A stretch of DNA of 64,000 nt from Limnochordia bacterium (GTDB lineage Bacteria; Bacillota; Limnochordia; DTU080): positions 224,001 through 288,000 of the forward strand of contig JBMNJG010000004.1 of NCBI GenBank assembly GCA_050951545.1, written 5' to 3'. Below are positions 26,236 to 36,825 of the stretch, piece after piece. Under the pieces are notes generated by a model that was not told the origin of the DNA, made no database searches, and saw only the letters and a list, made by a program, of their open reading frames with translations. Position 1 is the stretch's first letter. Every line of letters begins with the position of its first letter. A program made the position numbers and the translations under genes.

Positions 26236-26604
26236 GTGATACAGCAGGAATCGCGGCTCAAGGTAGCTGACAACACTGGGGCCAAAGAGCTACTTTGCAT
26301 TAGGGTTCTGGGTGGATCAGGCCGACGCTACGCACGAGTAGGCGATGTGATCGTCGCTTCTGTCAAGGAAGCAACGCCCGGCGGCGTGGTCAAGAAGGGT
26401 GAGATCGTGAACGCTGTCATTGTGCGGACGAAAGCGATCACCGGTAGGCGGGATGGCTCCTATATCCGCTTCGACGAAAACGCGGCTGTCGTTATTAACG
26501 AACAGAAGGCGCCGAGAGGAACTCGCATTTTTGGTCCAGTGGCTCGTGAGTTGCGCGAGCGTGACTTTATGCGCATTGTGAGTCTGGCACCAGAGGTTCT
26601 TTAG
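26236..26604 (+). CDS. rplN: 50S ribosomal protein L14
   Basis: VADNTGAK and [12 protein letters not shown]. Confidence 0.98.
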   Translation: MIQQESRLKVADNTGAKELLCIRVLGGSGRRYARVGDVIVASVKEATPGGVVKKGEIVNAVIVRTKAITGRRDGSYIRFDENAAVVINEQKAPRGTRIFGPVARELRERDFMRIVSLAPEVL

Positions 26605-26637
26605 AGGGCGGACGCGGTTTTGTGAGGAGGGGTTTCG

Positions 26638-26961
26638 TTGGTGTTTAAGGCGCACGTCCGCAAGGGCGACACCGTGCAGGTGATCACTGGTGAGGACGCT
26701 GGTAAGACGGGGACAGTTTTGGAGGTCTCTCCTGCGTCGCAACGGGTTGTCATTGATGGAATCAACATCCTAAAGCGACACACGCGGCCCACACAGACCA
26801 ATCCTCAGGGTGGGATTGTTGAGCGACCTGGCGCTGTGCATGTGTCAAACGTGATGCTTGTGTGTCCCAACTGCAGTAAGGCGGCGCGTACCGGAAGGTC
26901 ACGACAGGCCGATGGCAGCGTGGCGCGCATATGCAGACGCTGTGGAAAGGCCATCGACTAA
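26638..26961 (+). CDS. rplX: 50S ribosomal protein L24
   Basis: KOW motif RKGDTVQVITG and HVSNVM. Confidence 0.96.
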   Translation: MVFKAHVRKGDTVQVITGEDAGKTGTVLEVSPASQRVVIDGINILKRHTRPTQTNPQGGIVERPGAVHVSNVMLVCPNCSKAARTGRSRQADGSVARICRRCGKAID

Positions 26962-26982
26962 TCGGGAGAGGAGGGCAACGGT

Positions 26983-27525
26983 ATGGCTCGCCTGAAAGAG
27001 AAGCTAGAAAAAGAGGCCAAACCTGCGCTTATGCAGCGCTTTGGCTATAGCAATGTTATGCAGGTTCCCACGCTGGAGAAGATCGTCGTCAATATGGGTG
27101 TTGGTGACGCCGTGGCTGAGCCGAAGGCTCTCGATGGAGCAGTTGCGGATATGACGGCAATCACTGGTCAGAAACCAGTGACCACCAAGGCCAAGAAGTC
27201 AGTGGCGGCCTTCAAGATTCGCACAGGCATGACGATTGGTGCCAAGGTCACGTTGAGAGGGGCGCGGATGTATGATTTTCTTGACAAGCTCATCAATATT
27301 GGCTTGCCGAGAATCAGAGACTTCCGCGGCGTTTCACCTAAAAGTTTCGACGGCCGAGGCAACTACTCGCTAGGCTTGCGGGAACAGCTGGTTTTCCCTG
27401 AGATCAACTACGACAAGGTTGATAAGGTCAGGGGCATGGATATCGTTATTGTAACAACGGCACAGACGGATGAAGAAGCTTTTGAGCTACTTCGTGCCTT
27501 GGGGATGCCGTTTCGTAGCGCATAG
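26983..27525 (+). CDS. rplE: 50S ribosomal protein L5
   Basis: LPRIRDFRG and FDGRGNY. Confidence 0.98.
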   Translation: MARLKEKLEKEAKPALMQRFGYSNVMQVPTLEKIVVNMGVGDAVAEPKALDGAVADMTAITGQKPVTTKAKKSVAAFKIRTGMTIGAKVTLRGARMYDFLDKLINIGLPRIRDFRGVSPKSFDGRGNYSLGLREQLVFPEINYDKVDKVRGMDIVIVTTAQTDEEAFELLRALGMPFRSA

Positions 27526-27567
27526 TATGGGGGCACCCCATAGAAGGGTTGTCAAAGGAGGTTTAGC

Positions 27568-27753
27568 GTGGCCAAGACATCGAAGATCATGAAGACAAGA
27601 GGATCTGCCAAGTATGCGGTTCGTCACACCAACCGTTGCCGGATCTGCGGTCGTCCGCGCGGCTACATGCGGGATTTTGAGATGTGCCGCATCTGCTTTC
27701 GAGAACTTGCCCATCGCGGACAGATTCCGGGAGTAACGAAGGCTAGTTGGTAG
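27568..27753 (+). CDS. rpsN: 30S ribosomal protein S14 type Z
   Basis: 61 aa; CRICGRP..CRICFRE. Confidence 0.96.
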   Translation: MAKTSKIMKTRGSAKYAVRHTNRCRICGRPRGYMRDFEMCRICFRELAHRGQIPGVTKASW

Positions 27754-27780
27754 GGGCGTTCGAAGGGGGTAGCGATGTAG

Positions 27781-28179
27781 ATGGTGATGACGGATCCGAT
27801 CGCCGATATGCTGACGCGTATACGCAACGCCAGCTCTGCCAACCACGATCAGGTGGATATTCCGGCTTCCCGCGTAAAGCAGGAGCTGGCCAGGGTCCTC
27901 AAGGAAGAGGGCTACGTCCGTGACTATAGGATCGTGGATGAAGATGGGCGAAGTGTGATTCGAGTGTTTCTGAAGTACGGCCCGAATAAGGGCAAGGCTA
28001 TTGCCGGAATCAAGCGTATCAGTAAGCCTGGACTGCGGGTGTATGCGAGGCACGAGGAAATCCCCCGAGTGCTGGGAGGCCTTGGTTGTGCAGTGCTGTC
28101 AACGTCCCAGGGCTTGATGACTGATAGAAGTGCGCGGAAGGCCGGTGTGGGCGGCGAGGTTATCTGCTACGTCTGGTAA
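27781..28179 (+). CDS. rpsH: 30S ribosomal protein S8
   Basis: [13 protein letters not shown] and SKPGLRVY. Confidence 0.98.
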   Translation: MVMTDPIADMLTRIRNASSANHDQVDIPASRVKQELARVLKEEGYVRDYRIVDEDGRSVIRVFLKYGPNKGKAIAGIKRISKPGLRVYARHEEIPRVLGGLGCAVLSTSQGLMTDRSARKAGVGGEVICYVW

Positions 28180-28207
28180 CCTTGGCCTCGAGAAAGGGAG
28201 GATCGTC

Positions 28208-28756
28208 GTGTCGAGAATCGGGAAGAAGCCGATCCCCGTTCCTGCCGGGGTTGAGATAAGCATCGACGGCAATACGGTGCAGGTAAAGGGACCAAAAGGT
28301 CAGCTGAGCAGGGACATCCATCCAGAAATGCGGATGCAGCTCATTGACGGTCAGATCATCGTAAGCCGCCCCTCGGATGACAAGAGGCATCGCGCCTTGC
28401 ACGGCCTGACTCGTTCCTTGATCAGCAATATGCTTGAGGGTGTGACCAACGGCTTCACAAAGGATCTGGAGATCAGCGGTGTAGGTTATCGGGCGAGCAA
28501 GCAGGGACAGAGTCTGGTTCTTCAGGTCGGCTACTCACACCCAGTTGAGATTATTCCGCGAACTGGCGTGGAGATAGATGTGCCGGCGCCAACCCGGATT
28601 AGTGTCCGCGGGATCGACAAAGAAGCCGTTGGGGCCGTGGCTGCTGAGATTCGCTTTGTGCGTCCTCCTGAGCCTTATCTCGGCAAGGGGATTCGATACG
28701 TCGACGAGCGGATCAAACGAAAAGCCGGTAAGGCGGGCAGGGTAACCGCCAACTAG
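28208..28756 (+). CDS. rplF: 50S ribosomal protein L6
   Basis: SRIGKKP and [13 protein letters not shown]. Confidence 0.97.
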   Translation: MSRIGKKPIPVPAGVEISIDGNTVQVKGPKGQLSRDIHPEMRMQLIDGQIIVSRPSDDKRHRALHGLTRSLISNMLEGVTNGFTKDLEISGVGYRASKQGQSLVLQVGYSHPVEIIPRTGVEIDVPAPTRISVRGIDKEAVGAVAAEIRFVRPPEPYLGKGIRYVDERIKRKAGKAGRVTAN

Positions 28757-28778
28757 CTGGGTCGGGGGTGAGCGAACG

Positions 28779-29144
28779 ATGGCACGAGTAGACCGAAAGG
28801 CAGAGCGGGTAAGAAGACACGAGCGCCTGCGCAGGCACCTCGCTGGAACAGCTGACAGGCCGAGACTGGTGGTGTTCCGGAGTCTTCATCATATCTATGC
28901 GCAGGTGATCGACGATAGCGAGGGCCGCACCCTTGTATCTGCCGGAACCGTAGAGGATGCAGTACGCGAGGGTCTAGATAGCACCAGGAATCGCGAGGCT
29001 GCCCGCAAAGTGGGCGAGCTCATAGCGGCCCGTGCCCAGGAAAAGGGCATAAAGCAGGTCGTTTTCGACCGTGGTGGCAACACGTATCACGGCCGTGTAG
29101 CTGCCTTGGCCGATGGTGCGCGTAGCGGGGGACTGGAGTTTTGA
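28779..29144 (+). CDS. rplR: 50S ribosomal protein L18
   Basis: RPRLVVFRS and VFDRGG.YHGRV. Confidence 0.97.
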   Translation: MARVDRKAERVRRHERLRRHLAGTADRPRLVVFRSLHHIYAQVIDDSEGRTLVSAGTVEDAVREGLDSTRNREAARKVGELIAARAQEKGIKQVVFDRGGNTYHGRVAALADGARSGGLEF

Positions 29145-29291
29145 TCGGGTCGTCTGCAGGGCGAACGATTAGCAGGCACGTGCATGGGCTCCGAGCAGGG
29201 CAGCCGCTCGCCGCGAGCGATGTAGACAGAATGCGCTCATGGCGGTTGAGCAACGTGTATGGAATTAGCAAAGGAGCGTGAGAAGGTGTCA

Positions 29292-29801
29292 TTGGGTTCG
29301 CGGCGCGTGGATGCCGAGGCTCTTGGAGAACTCGAAGAGAAAGTGGTCAGCATCAACCCCGTGTCGAAGACCGTTAAGGGTGGTCGGACACGTAGTTTTG
29401 CCGCCGTCGTAGTGGTCGGAGATGGACGCGGCCACGTCGGTGCAGGTACTGGCAAGGCCAAAGAGATCTCTGATGCCATTCGCAAGGGCGTCGATGATGC
29501 GAAGAAGAATATGATTGAGGTGCCTTTGGCTGGTCACACGATTCCTCATCCTGTGAGCACACGTTACAGCGGAGCGCGGGTTCTGTTACGACCAGCATCA
29601 GAGGGAACTGGGGTTATTGCCGGGGGTACGGTGCGCGCGGTTGTGGAGGCTGCGGGAGTGCGCGATATCCTGACGAAATCGCTGGGCAGCAGCAACCCGA
29701 TCAACGTAGTCCGCGCGACCATGAAGGCTCTGACGGAACTGCGCACACCTGAGGAGATAGCCAGGACCCGCGGCAAGACAATGCAGGAGATCGTAGGCTA
29801 G
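29292..29801 (+). CDS. rpsE: 30S ribosomal protein S5 (start uncertain)
   Basis: KTVKGGR and GTGVIAGG. Confidence 0.96.
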   Translation: MGSRRVDAEALGELEEKVVSINPVSKTVKGGRTRSFAAVVVVGDGRGHVGAGTGKAKEISDAIRKGVDDAKKNMIEVPLAGHTIPHPVSTRYSGARVLLRPASEGTGVIAGGTVRAVVEAAGVRDILTKSLGSSNPINVVRATMKALTELRTPEEIARTRGKTMQEIVG

Positions 29802-29835
29802 GACGGGTGTGACGCGGGCTAAGGAGGTTTCAGTT

Positions 29836-30018
29836 GTGTCTGGTACGTTGAAGATCACCTGGAAGAAGAGCGCCATAGGGTACCCACAGGACCAGAAAGA
29901 TACCTTGCGGGCCTTGGGCTTTCGCAAGCTCTATTCGACAATCGAAAAGGACGATAATACCAGTGTGCGCGGAATGCTGTTTAAGGTGCGTCACCTGGTT
30001 GAGGTTGAAGAGTCATAG
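29836..30018 (+). CDS. rpmD: 50S ribosomal protein L30
   Basis: [22 protein letters not shown]; RBS AAGGAGG. Confidence 0.95.
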   Translation: MSGTLKITWKKSAIGYPQDQKDTLRALGFRKLYSTIEKDDNTSVRGMLFKVRHLVEVEES

Positions 30019-30088
30019 GCACACGTCGCGGATGTCCCCTTGATCTCGGGGATGCGCGTTGCTCTTTTAGAATCAGGGGGTGTGCAAC

Positions 30089-30532
30089 ATGAGATTGCAC
30101 GAGATCGAGCCAAATCCCAGGGCAAGAAAGAGCCGTACGCGTGTGGGGCGCGGCATAGGATCGGGCTACGGAAAGACGTCCGGACGCGGCCACAAAGGAC
30201 AGGGTTCACGCTCTGGAGGAACAAAGGGGGCAGCCTTTGAGGGCGGGCAGCGTCCTCTACAACAGCGGCTGCCCAAGCGCGGTTTCAGCAACTATCCGTT
30301 TAGGAAGGATTTCGCGTTGGTAGACGTCGGGCAACTGGCTGAACTAGAAGCTGGTACGGTAGTCACGCCCGAAGTGCTCGTGGAGATGCAGCTCATCAAG
30401 AAGCTTAAGGACGGGGTCAAAGTCTTAGGGAGCGGCCAGATTGATAGGGCGCTTACCGTGAGAGCCCATGCATTTAGTAAGTCGGCGGCCGAGAAGATCG
30501 CTGCGGCTGGCGGCACGACAGAGGTGGTCTAA
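30089..30532 (+). CDS. rplO: 50S ribosomal protein L15
   Basis: [20 protein letters not shown]. Confidence 0.97.
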   Translation: MRLHEIEPNPRARKSRTRVGRGIGSGYGKTSGRGHKGQGSRSGGTKGAAFEGGQRPLQQRLPKRGFSNYPFRKDFALVDVGQLAELEAGTVVTPEVLVEMQLIKKLKDGVKVLGSGQIDRALTVRAHAFSKSAAEKIAAAGGTTEVV

Positions 30533-31801
30533 GTGCTGAAGGCCATGCGCAATGCACTAAGGATCGGCGATTTGCGCGCGAAGATCCTGTACTCGGCAGC
30601 GCTACTTGTGGTCTTTCGATTGGGATCGCACGTACCGGTTCCTGGGGTGAATGCCAGCGCCTTGGCCGAGAGTCTGGGTGTAGGTCAGGGAAACATCTTT
30701 GGTTTCCTTGACCTGTTCTCTGGCGGCGCACTGGGGCGTTTTACGATCTTCGCCATGGGGGTCAACCCCTATATCACGGCTTCAATCATCGTTCAGTTGC
30801 TCCAGGTCGTCATTCCGCAGCTCGAAGAGATGGCAAAAGAAGGCGTGGAAGGTCGTAAGCGACTGCAGCAGTATACGCGCTACGGAACAGTGGTGCTAGG
30901 CCTGGTTCAGGCCTTTAGCATTACAGCGTTAGCCCGCAACATGGGTGTAGTCACTAATCCGAACTTCTTCACTTTGTCACTGATTGTGGTTACGCTGACA
31001 GCTGGCACAGTCTTTCTCATGTGGCTGGGCGAGAAGATCTCGCAGAAGGGGTTAGGTAACGGAGTCTCGCTGATCATCTTTACTGGGATCATCGCTCGCT
31101 TACCCTATGGGTTCGTGCAGACTGTGCAGAGCGTAGGCAAAGGCGGCATCAACCCGTTGAGCTTCATTATGTTCCTCGCGTTGACGGTCGTGGTCATCGC
31201 AGGGGTCGTGCTCGTCCAGGAAGGTCAACGACGGATCCCTGTGCAGTATGCGAAAAAGGTCGTCGGGCGCAGGATGTATGGCGGTCAGTCGACACACATA
31301 CCCCTGCGGGTAAACCAGGCCGGAGTGATTCCTGTGATCTTTGCTAGCTCCGTCTTGACGTTTCCCCTTACGCTGGCTCAGTTTGTGCCTTCCTTGGGGG
31401 GGATCACGCGATTCATGGGCTATGGTACCATTGGTTACAATGTGGTCTACGTGGCCCTCGTGATCTTCTTTACCTATTTCTACACTGCCGTTACCTTCAA
31501 CCCTGTAGAGATAGCTGGAAACATGAGAAAGAATGGTGGGTTTATCCCTGGTCTGCGGCCGGGGCGGCCCACCGCAGAGTACCTTGACCGGGTGTTGACC
31601 AGGATCACACTATTCGGTGCTCTGTTTCTGGCGGTAATCGCCGTGTTGCCCACTCTAATGTCCGTCATCACGCGTATGCCATCCCAGTTCGTGTACTTTG
31701 GGGGCACGGGCATGCTGATCGTGGTCGGCGTAGCCCTCGACACAATGAAGCAGATCGAGGCCCATTTGCTGCTGCGGCACTACGAAGGCTTCATGAAATA
31801 A
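30533..31801 (+). CDS. secY: preprotein translocase subunit SecY
   Basis: Multi-TM protein; GLGNGVSLIIF and IPGLRPG. Confidence 0.98.
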   Translation: MLKAMRNALRIGDLRAKILYSAALLVVFRLGSHVPVPGVNASALAESLGVGQGNIFGFLDLFSGGALGRFTIFAMGVNPYITASIIVQLLQVVIPQLEEMAKEGVEGRKRLQQYTRYGTVVLGLVQAFSITALARNMGVVTNPNFFTLSLIVVTLTAGTVFLMWLGEKISQKGLGNGVSLIIFTGIIARLPYGFVQTVQSVGKGGINPLSFIMFLALTVVVIAGVVLVQEGQRRIPVQYAKKVVGRRMYGGQSTHIPLRVNQAGVIPVIFASSVLTFPLTLAQFVPSLGGITRFMGYGTIGYNVVYVALVIFFTYFYTAVTFNPVEIAGNMRKNGGFIPGLRPGRPTAEYLDRVLTRITLFGALFLAVIAVLPTLMSVITRMPSQFVYFGGTGMLIVVGVALDTMKQIEAHLLLRHYEGFMK

Positions 31802-31818
31802 GACGGGGGAGCATCGGC

Positions 31819-32502
31819 ATGCGTTTGGTAATGCTGGGTCTGCCAGCGGCAGGTAAGGGGACCCATGGAAAGCTTTTGGCTCAGAGGTTTGCTATCCCAC
31901 ACATATCGACAGGCAGCATGTTTCGTGCCGCGATGCAGTTGGACAATGACCTTGGCCGAAGGGCGAAATGGTACATTGATCGGGGAGAGCTCGTTCCGGA
32001 TGGTTTGGCAGCGGAGATTGTCAAGGAAAGACTCAGCCAAGAGGACTGCCGCCATGGGTTTATTTTAGACGGCTTTCCCCGAACGGTGACTCAGGCCGAG
32101 GACTTGGATGCAGCTCTGCGCTCAATACGGATGGCCGTCGACGCTGCGATCAACATCCAGATATCTGAGGAGGAAGCCATCCGCAGGATTGCTAACCGCA
32201 GGGTCTGCGGCCAATGCGGAAGTACCGGCAATCCTGGCGCCACCGCCTGCGAGCAGTGTGGAGGGCCCTTGGTGCAACGACCAGATGACACCCCTGAGGT
32301 GGCTCGTCATCGTCTCCAGGTCTATCTGGTCCAGACACAACCAGTAGTTGACTACTACAGAGAGCAGGGGCGTTTGGTTCCAGTCAACGGACTTCAGCCG
32401 ATCGAGAATGTGTTCATGCAGATTTGCCAGCGACTAGCCCGAATGGGAATTGGCAGAGCAGCTAGAACTGACATCGCTGTTCCGCGCGAGGTGGGCAAAT
32501 GA
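31819..32502 (+). CDS. adk: adenylate kinase with Zn-binding LID
   Basis: P-loop GLPAAGKGT; LDGFPRT; CxxC...CxxC lid. Confidence 0.93.
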   Translation: MRLVMLGLPAAGKGTHGKLLAQRFAIPHISTGSMFRAAMQLDNDLGRRAKWYIDRGELVPDGLAAEIVKERLSQEDCRHGFILDGFPRTVTQAEDLDAALRSIRMAVDAAINIQISEEEAIRRIANRRVCGQCGSTGNPGATACEQCGGPLVQRPDDTPEVARHRLQVYLVQTQPVVDYYREQGRLVPVNGLQPIENVFMQICQRLARMGIGRAARTDIAVPREVGK

Positions 32503-33245
32503 TCTTCATTAAGTCGAGCGATGAGCTAGCTCGTATGAGACGGGCTGGCCGCACGGTAGCCAAAGCGCATGAGCTACTGGCAGAGCTTATCCGCCCGGGT
32601 GTATGCACTTCCGAGCTTGACCGGGCAGTCCATAGGTTCTTTACGAAAGAAGGGGCCATCCCCTCGTTCAAGGGGTATCAGGGCTTTCCCGCCAGCATCT
32701 GTACGTCAGTCAATGAAGTTGTGGTTCATGGCATACCTGGAGAGCAAGTGCTGCAAGATGGGGATATTGTTGGTATAGATATCGGAGCTATTGTTGATGG
32801 CTATCATGGTGACGCGGCTGTGACCTATGGAGTGGGCGAGATAAGCACCGAAGCTCAGAGGCTGCTGGAGATTACGAAAGACGCCCTGTATCGGGGGATT
32901 GCCGAAGCGCGTCTGGGCAACCGCCTCTCGGATATCTCGCATGCCGTGCAAGAGTATGCAGAGGCTGCAGGTTTCTCGGTGGTCAGGGATTTCGTCGGAC
33001 ACGGCATTGGAACGATGATGCACGAGGCACCCCAAATCCCGAACTTCGGGCCTCCCGGCCGGGGCCCGCGGCTTCGAGCTGGCATGTGCTTGGCGATTGA
33101 GCCAATGATCAATGCGGGCGCATCAGAGGTAATGGTGCTGGATGATGGATGGACAGTTGTCACTCGTGACGCGCACTTGTCGGCTCACTTTGAACACACC
33201 GTTGCGGTGACTGAAGGAGAGCCTGAGATCCTGACTATCTGCTGA
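32499..33245 (+). CDS. map: type I methionine aminopeptidase
   Basis: CTSVNEVVVHGIP, GHGIG and SAHFEHT. Confidence 0.96.
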   Translation: MIFIKSSDELARMRRAGRTVAKAHELLAELIRPGVCTSELDRAVHRFFTKEGAIPSFKGYQGFPASICTSVNEVVVHGIPGEQVLQDGDIVGIDIGAIVDGYHGDAAVTYGVGEISTEAQRLLEITKDALYRGIAEARLGNRLSDISHAVQEYAEAAGFSVVRDFVGHGIGTMMHEAPQIPNFGPPGRGPRLRAGMCLAIEPMINAGASEVMVLDDGWTVVTRDAHLSAHFEHTVAVTEGEPEILTIC

Positions 33246-33397
33246 AAAAGAACGGAAAGCGTGCGCACTATGGCGGCTCTGCTGTAGCGGGCGAGGGTCA
33301 TCTATGATAAAATGATTGGGTGTGCGCGTAAGACACCCTGCTTCAGAGTCGTGTATGGGTGAAAGGGTAGACCTTGGTCTTAAGGGGGTGTTCGACG

Positions 33398-33616
33398 TTG
33401 GCGAAGCAAGATGTCATTGAGCTGGAGGGCACGGTGGTCGAAGCGCTGCCAAACGCCATGTTTCGTGTAGAGTTGGATAATGGTCACGAAGTCCTGGCCC
33501 ATATTTCAGGAAAGATGCGGATGAACTTTATTCGTATTCTCCCGGGAGATACAGTGACTGTAGAGCTGTCGCCCTACGATTTGAGCCGCGGTCGTATCAC
33601 CTACCGCAAAAGATAG
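33398..33616 (+). CDS. infA: translation initiation factor IF-1
   Basis: LPNAMFRV and [10 protein letters not shown]. Confidence 0.97.
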   Translation: MAKQDVIELEGTVVEALPNAMFRVELDNGHEVLAHISGKMRMNFIRILPGDTVTVELSPYDLSRGRITYRKR

Positions 33617-33663
33617 ACGGTGATTATCGCCGTTGTGAGATTCTTGGTGGGGAGGCGTCGGTT

Positions 33664-33777
33664 GTGAAGGTTCGTCCTTCCGTGAAAGCAATCTGCGACA
33701 AGTGCAGAGTCATACGTCGGAAAGGTAAAGTGCGAGTCATTTGCGAGAATCCGAAGCATAAACAGGTGCAAGGCTAA
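33664..33777 (+). CDS. rpmJ: 50S ribosomal protein L36 (absent from the ORF track)
   Basis: Hand translation [37 protein letters not shown]. Confidence 0.95.
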   Translation: MKVRPSVKAICDKCRVIRRKGKVRVICENPKHKQVQG

Positions 33778-33795
33778 TAGTGGAGGTGGAAACGC

Positions 33796-34170
33796 GTGGC
33801 ACGTATTGCGGGGGTAGACCTACCGCGCGACAAGAGGCTGGAGGTCGCCCTTACCTACATCTACGGTATTGGGCCGAGCCGGTCCCGAGAGATTCTCCAG
33901 AAGACCGGAATCAGCCCAGAAACCAGGGTACGTGATCTCACAGAAGATGAGACAGCTCGCCTGCGCGAGGTCATAGACCATGAGTATATGGTTGAAGGAG
34001 ACCTACGGCGCGGGCTTCAGATGAATGTCAAACGCCTGATCGACATTGGTAGCTATAGAGGGCTTAGGCATAGGCGGGGCTTGCCCACTCGGGGTCAACG
34101 CACTCGCACGAACGCACGTACTCGTAAGGGGCCCGCACGGGCTGTAGGCACAAGGCGTAGAAGCGTGTAG
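33796..34170 (+). CDS. rpsM: 30S ribosomal protein S13
   Basis: ARIAGVDLP and [14 protein letters not shown]. Confidence 0.98.
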   Translation: MARIAGVDLPRDKRLEVALTYIYGIGPSRSREILQKTGISPETRVRDLTEDETARLREVIDHEYMVEGDLRRGLQMNVKRLIDIGSYRGLRHRRGLPTRGQRTRTNARTRKGPARAVGTRRRSV

Positions 34171-34182
34171 GAGGGAAGTTCA

Positions 34183-34578
34183 TTGGCCAGACCAAGACGA
34201 GGTGCGCGACCCAGAAGGCGGGAACGCAAGAACGTCCCTGTGGGTATCGCTCACATCAAGTCTACTTTCAATAACACGACTGTTACTATCACAGATCGGC
34301 AAGGGGCCGTCATCTCCTGGGCTACTTCAGGGACTCAGGGCTTCAAGGGTTCGCGCAAAAGCACGCCTTTCGCGGCTGGCATGGCAGCGGAAGCCGCCGG
34401 CCGGGCAGCTATGGATCACGGTATGCGCGAAGTTGAAGTCTACGTTAAAGGACCCGGCTCAGGGCGCGAGACAGCCATTCGTTCGCTGCAGGCAGTTGGC
34501 TTGGAGGTCAGTCTTATCAAAGACGTCACCCCCATTCCACACAATGGTTGTCGGCCGCCTAAGCGGCGTCGCGTGTAG
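34183..34578 (+). CDS. rpsK: 30S ribosomal protein S11
   Basis: [18 protein letters not shown]. Confidence 0.98.
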   Translation: MARPRRGARPRRRERKNVPVGIAHIKSTFNNTTVTITDRQGAVISWATSGTQGFKGSRKSTPFAAGMAAEAAGRAAMDHGMREVEVYVKGPGSGRETAIRSLQAVGLEVSLIKDVTPIPHNGCRPPKRRRV

Positions 34579-34618
34579 GTAACGGTTCGATATTGGCAGG
34601 AGGTGTGATACAGGCAAT

Positions 34619-35245
34619 ATGGCACGATACAAAGATGCTGTGTGTCGGCTTTGCAGACGAGAAGGCGAGAAACTCTTTCTAAAGGGCGAGAAGTGCTACG
34701 CCGATAAGTGTCCTGTTGAGAGGCGTTCGTATCCGCCAGGACAGCATGGGCAGGGACGCAAAAAGGTATCTGAGTACGGGCTTCACCTGCGTGAGAAGCA
34801 GAAGCTACGCCGCATGTACGGTGTGCTCGAGCGGCAGTTCGCGCGTTATTTTGACGTGGCCAACAGGCGCCAAGGCGTGACGGGCGAAAACCTGCTGCAG
34901 ATTCTCGAGTGCAGACTTGATAACATTGTCTACCGCATGGGGTATGCTCCGTCGCGTACGGCGGCGCGTCAGCTTGTCATGCACGGACACATCCGGGTAA
35001 ATGGACGCAAAGTAGATATCCCGTCGTATGAAGTGCGGGCTGGAGATACTATCTCTGTCAAGGAAAGCAGCCGGAATATACCGATGGTGAAAAGTAGCGT
35101 CGAAGCCGCTGCATCGAGGGGTATCCCGAACTGGCTAGAGGTTGACTGGGAGCAGCAGTCTGGAAGAGTACTCAGCGTTCCGACGCGTGAGCAGATCGAC
35201 CTGGCCATTCAGGAGCACTTGATCGTGGAGCACTACTCTCGTTAG
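34619..35245 (+). CDS. rpsD: 30S ribosomal protein S4
   Basis: CRLCRREG and [11 protein letters not shown]. Confidence 0.98.
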   Translation: MARYKDAVCRLCRREGEKLFLKGEKCYADKCPVERRSYPPGQHGQGRKKVSEYGLHLREKQKLRRMYGVLERQFARYFDVANRRQGVTGENLLQILECRLDNIVYRMGYAPSRTAARQLVMHGHIRVNGRKVDIPSYEVRAGDTISVKESSRNIPMVKSSVEAAASRGIPNWLEVDWEQQSGRVLSVPTREQIDLAIQEHLIVEHYSR

Positions 35246-35339
35246 TCTCGGCAGCCACTCACCTACGAGGCCAGCCAGGGACGGTTGGCGCCGCTAGACT
35301 CGGCGTCATTAGATGGACGTTGGAAGGGGGTCTTAGGCG

Positions 35340-36281
35340 ATGCTTGAGATTGAGAAGCCGAGAATCGAGACTGCGGAGCTTGACGGGGATTACGGCAAAT
35401 TCGTCGTGGAACCTCTCGAACGAGGCTACGGCATTACGCTTGGCAATTCGCTACGGCGCATTCTGCTGTCCTCGCTACCTGGGGCCGCGGTAACCGCGAT
35501 CAAGATTGACGGTGTGTTGCATGAGTTCTCAACCATTCCCGGCGTTGTGGAGGATACTACGGATATCGTTTTGAACCTCAAGAACCTGCTTGTGAAGGTG
35601 CACAGTGACGAGCCTGTCACGGCGCGCATCGTTGCATCGCAAGAGTGCGAGGTTCGTGCGGGAGATATCGAGATTCCGAGTCAAGTGGAGATCCTGAATC
35701 CTGACCTCCACATAGCTACTCTAGATCGTGGCGGACGGCTCGAGTTAGAGATGACTCTGGAGCGCGGAAGAGGTTACGTCGCAGCTGAGCGCAACAAGAG
35801 TGCGAATCATTCCATCGGCGTGATTCCGATCGACTCGATCTTCAGTCCTGTCACCAGAGTAAACTACACAGTGGAAGATACTCGGGTGGGGCAACGCACT
35901 GATTTCGACCGTCTTATCCTTGAGGTTTGGACGGATGGCAGCATAGCCCCCAATGAGGCAGTCAGTCTTTCGGCCAAAATCTTGATTGAGCATCTGCGGT
36001 TGTTCATGAATCTGACCGAGAATGCGAGCGATCTGGAGATCATGGTAGAGAAAGAGGAGGAGCAGAAGGATCGCTTGATGGAGATGACCATCGAGGAGCT
36101 TGATCTATCTGTCCGATCCTACAACTGCCTCAAGCGGGCGGGAATCAACACTGTGGAGGAACTCACGCGCCGCACTGAGGAAGATATGATGAAGGTACGC
36201 AATCTAGGAAAGAAGTCGTTGCAGGAAGTGAAAGAGAAACTCGCGGCCCTGAGCCTGTCCTTGCGGGAGTCGGACGATTAG
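35340..36281 (+). CDS. rpoA: DNA-directed RNA polymerase alpha subunit
   Basis: [17 protein letters not shown] and [11 protein letters not shown]. Confidence 0.98.
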   Translation: MLEIEKPRIETAELDGDYGKFVVEPLERGYGITLGNSLRRILLSSLPGAAVTAIKIDGVLHEFSTIPGVVEDTTDIVLNLKNLLVKVHSDEPVTARIVASQECEVRAGDIEIPSQVEILNPDLHIATLDRGGRLELEMTLERGRGYVAAERNKSANHSIGVIPIDSIFSPVTRVNYTVEDTRVGQRTDFDRLILEVWTDGSIAPNEAVSLSAKILIEHLRLFMNLTENASDLEIMVEKEEEQKDRLMEMTIEELDLSVRSYNCLKRAGINTVEELTRRTEEDMMKVRNLGKKSLQEVKEKLAALSLSLRESDD

Positions 36282-36362
36282 GCTTTCTGGAGAAGGCTCG
36301 GCAGGAAGATGGTTCGCCGTGGGGCCTTATGTAACTACGGTTTGCTGGGAGGTTTCTTTAGT

Positions 36363-36701
36363 ATGAGGCAGCACAAGTTGGGCCGTACCCAGGCTCACAG
36401 GCGTGCCCTTTTCCGCAGCCTGGTAACTGCGGTGGTGCTCAATGGAAGAATTCAGACCACCGAAAGCAAGGCGAAAGCGGTCAAGCCATTGGTGGATCAG
36501 ATGGTCACCTTGGGAAAACGTGGCGACCTGCATGCCCGACGACAGGCGGCCGCTTTTTTGACCAAACCTGAGGCAGTCCAGAAGCTGTTCGATGATGTCG
36601 CGCCAAAATACGCTGAGCGCAACGGCGGTTACACTCGGGTGCTCAAGCTTGATGTCCGTCGAGGTGACGCTGCGCCACTTGCACTGGTGGAGTTGGTGTA
36701 G
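36363..36701 (+). CDS. rplQ: 50S ribosomal protein L17
   Basis: KLGRT..HRRAL and RNGGYTRV. Confidence 0.97.
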   Translation: MRQHKLGRTQAHRRALFRSLVTAVVLNGRIQTTESKAKAVKPLVDQMVTLGKRGDLHARRQAAAFLTKPEAVQKLFDDVAPKYAERNGGYTRVLKLDVRRGDAAPLALVELV

Positions 36702-36723
36702 CGGTCACCGCCGCTTGCTGGTC

Positions 36724-36755
36724 AGGGGCGCGGGGATTCTCTTCGCGCTCCTTTT
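36724..36755 (+). terminator. intrinsic terminator after rplQ
   Basis: AGGGGCGCGGGGA/TCTTCGCGCTCCT stem plus T tract. Confidence 0.6.
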
Positions 36756-36825
36756 CTGTGTCTAAGGGCGCCGACATGCCCGCAGCAGCATAACGTGATT
36801 TACAGGGAAGATCGGATGATGCACT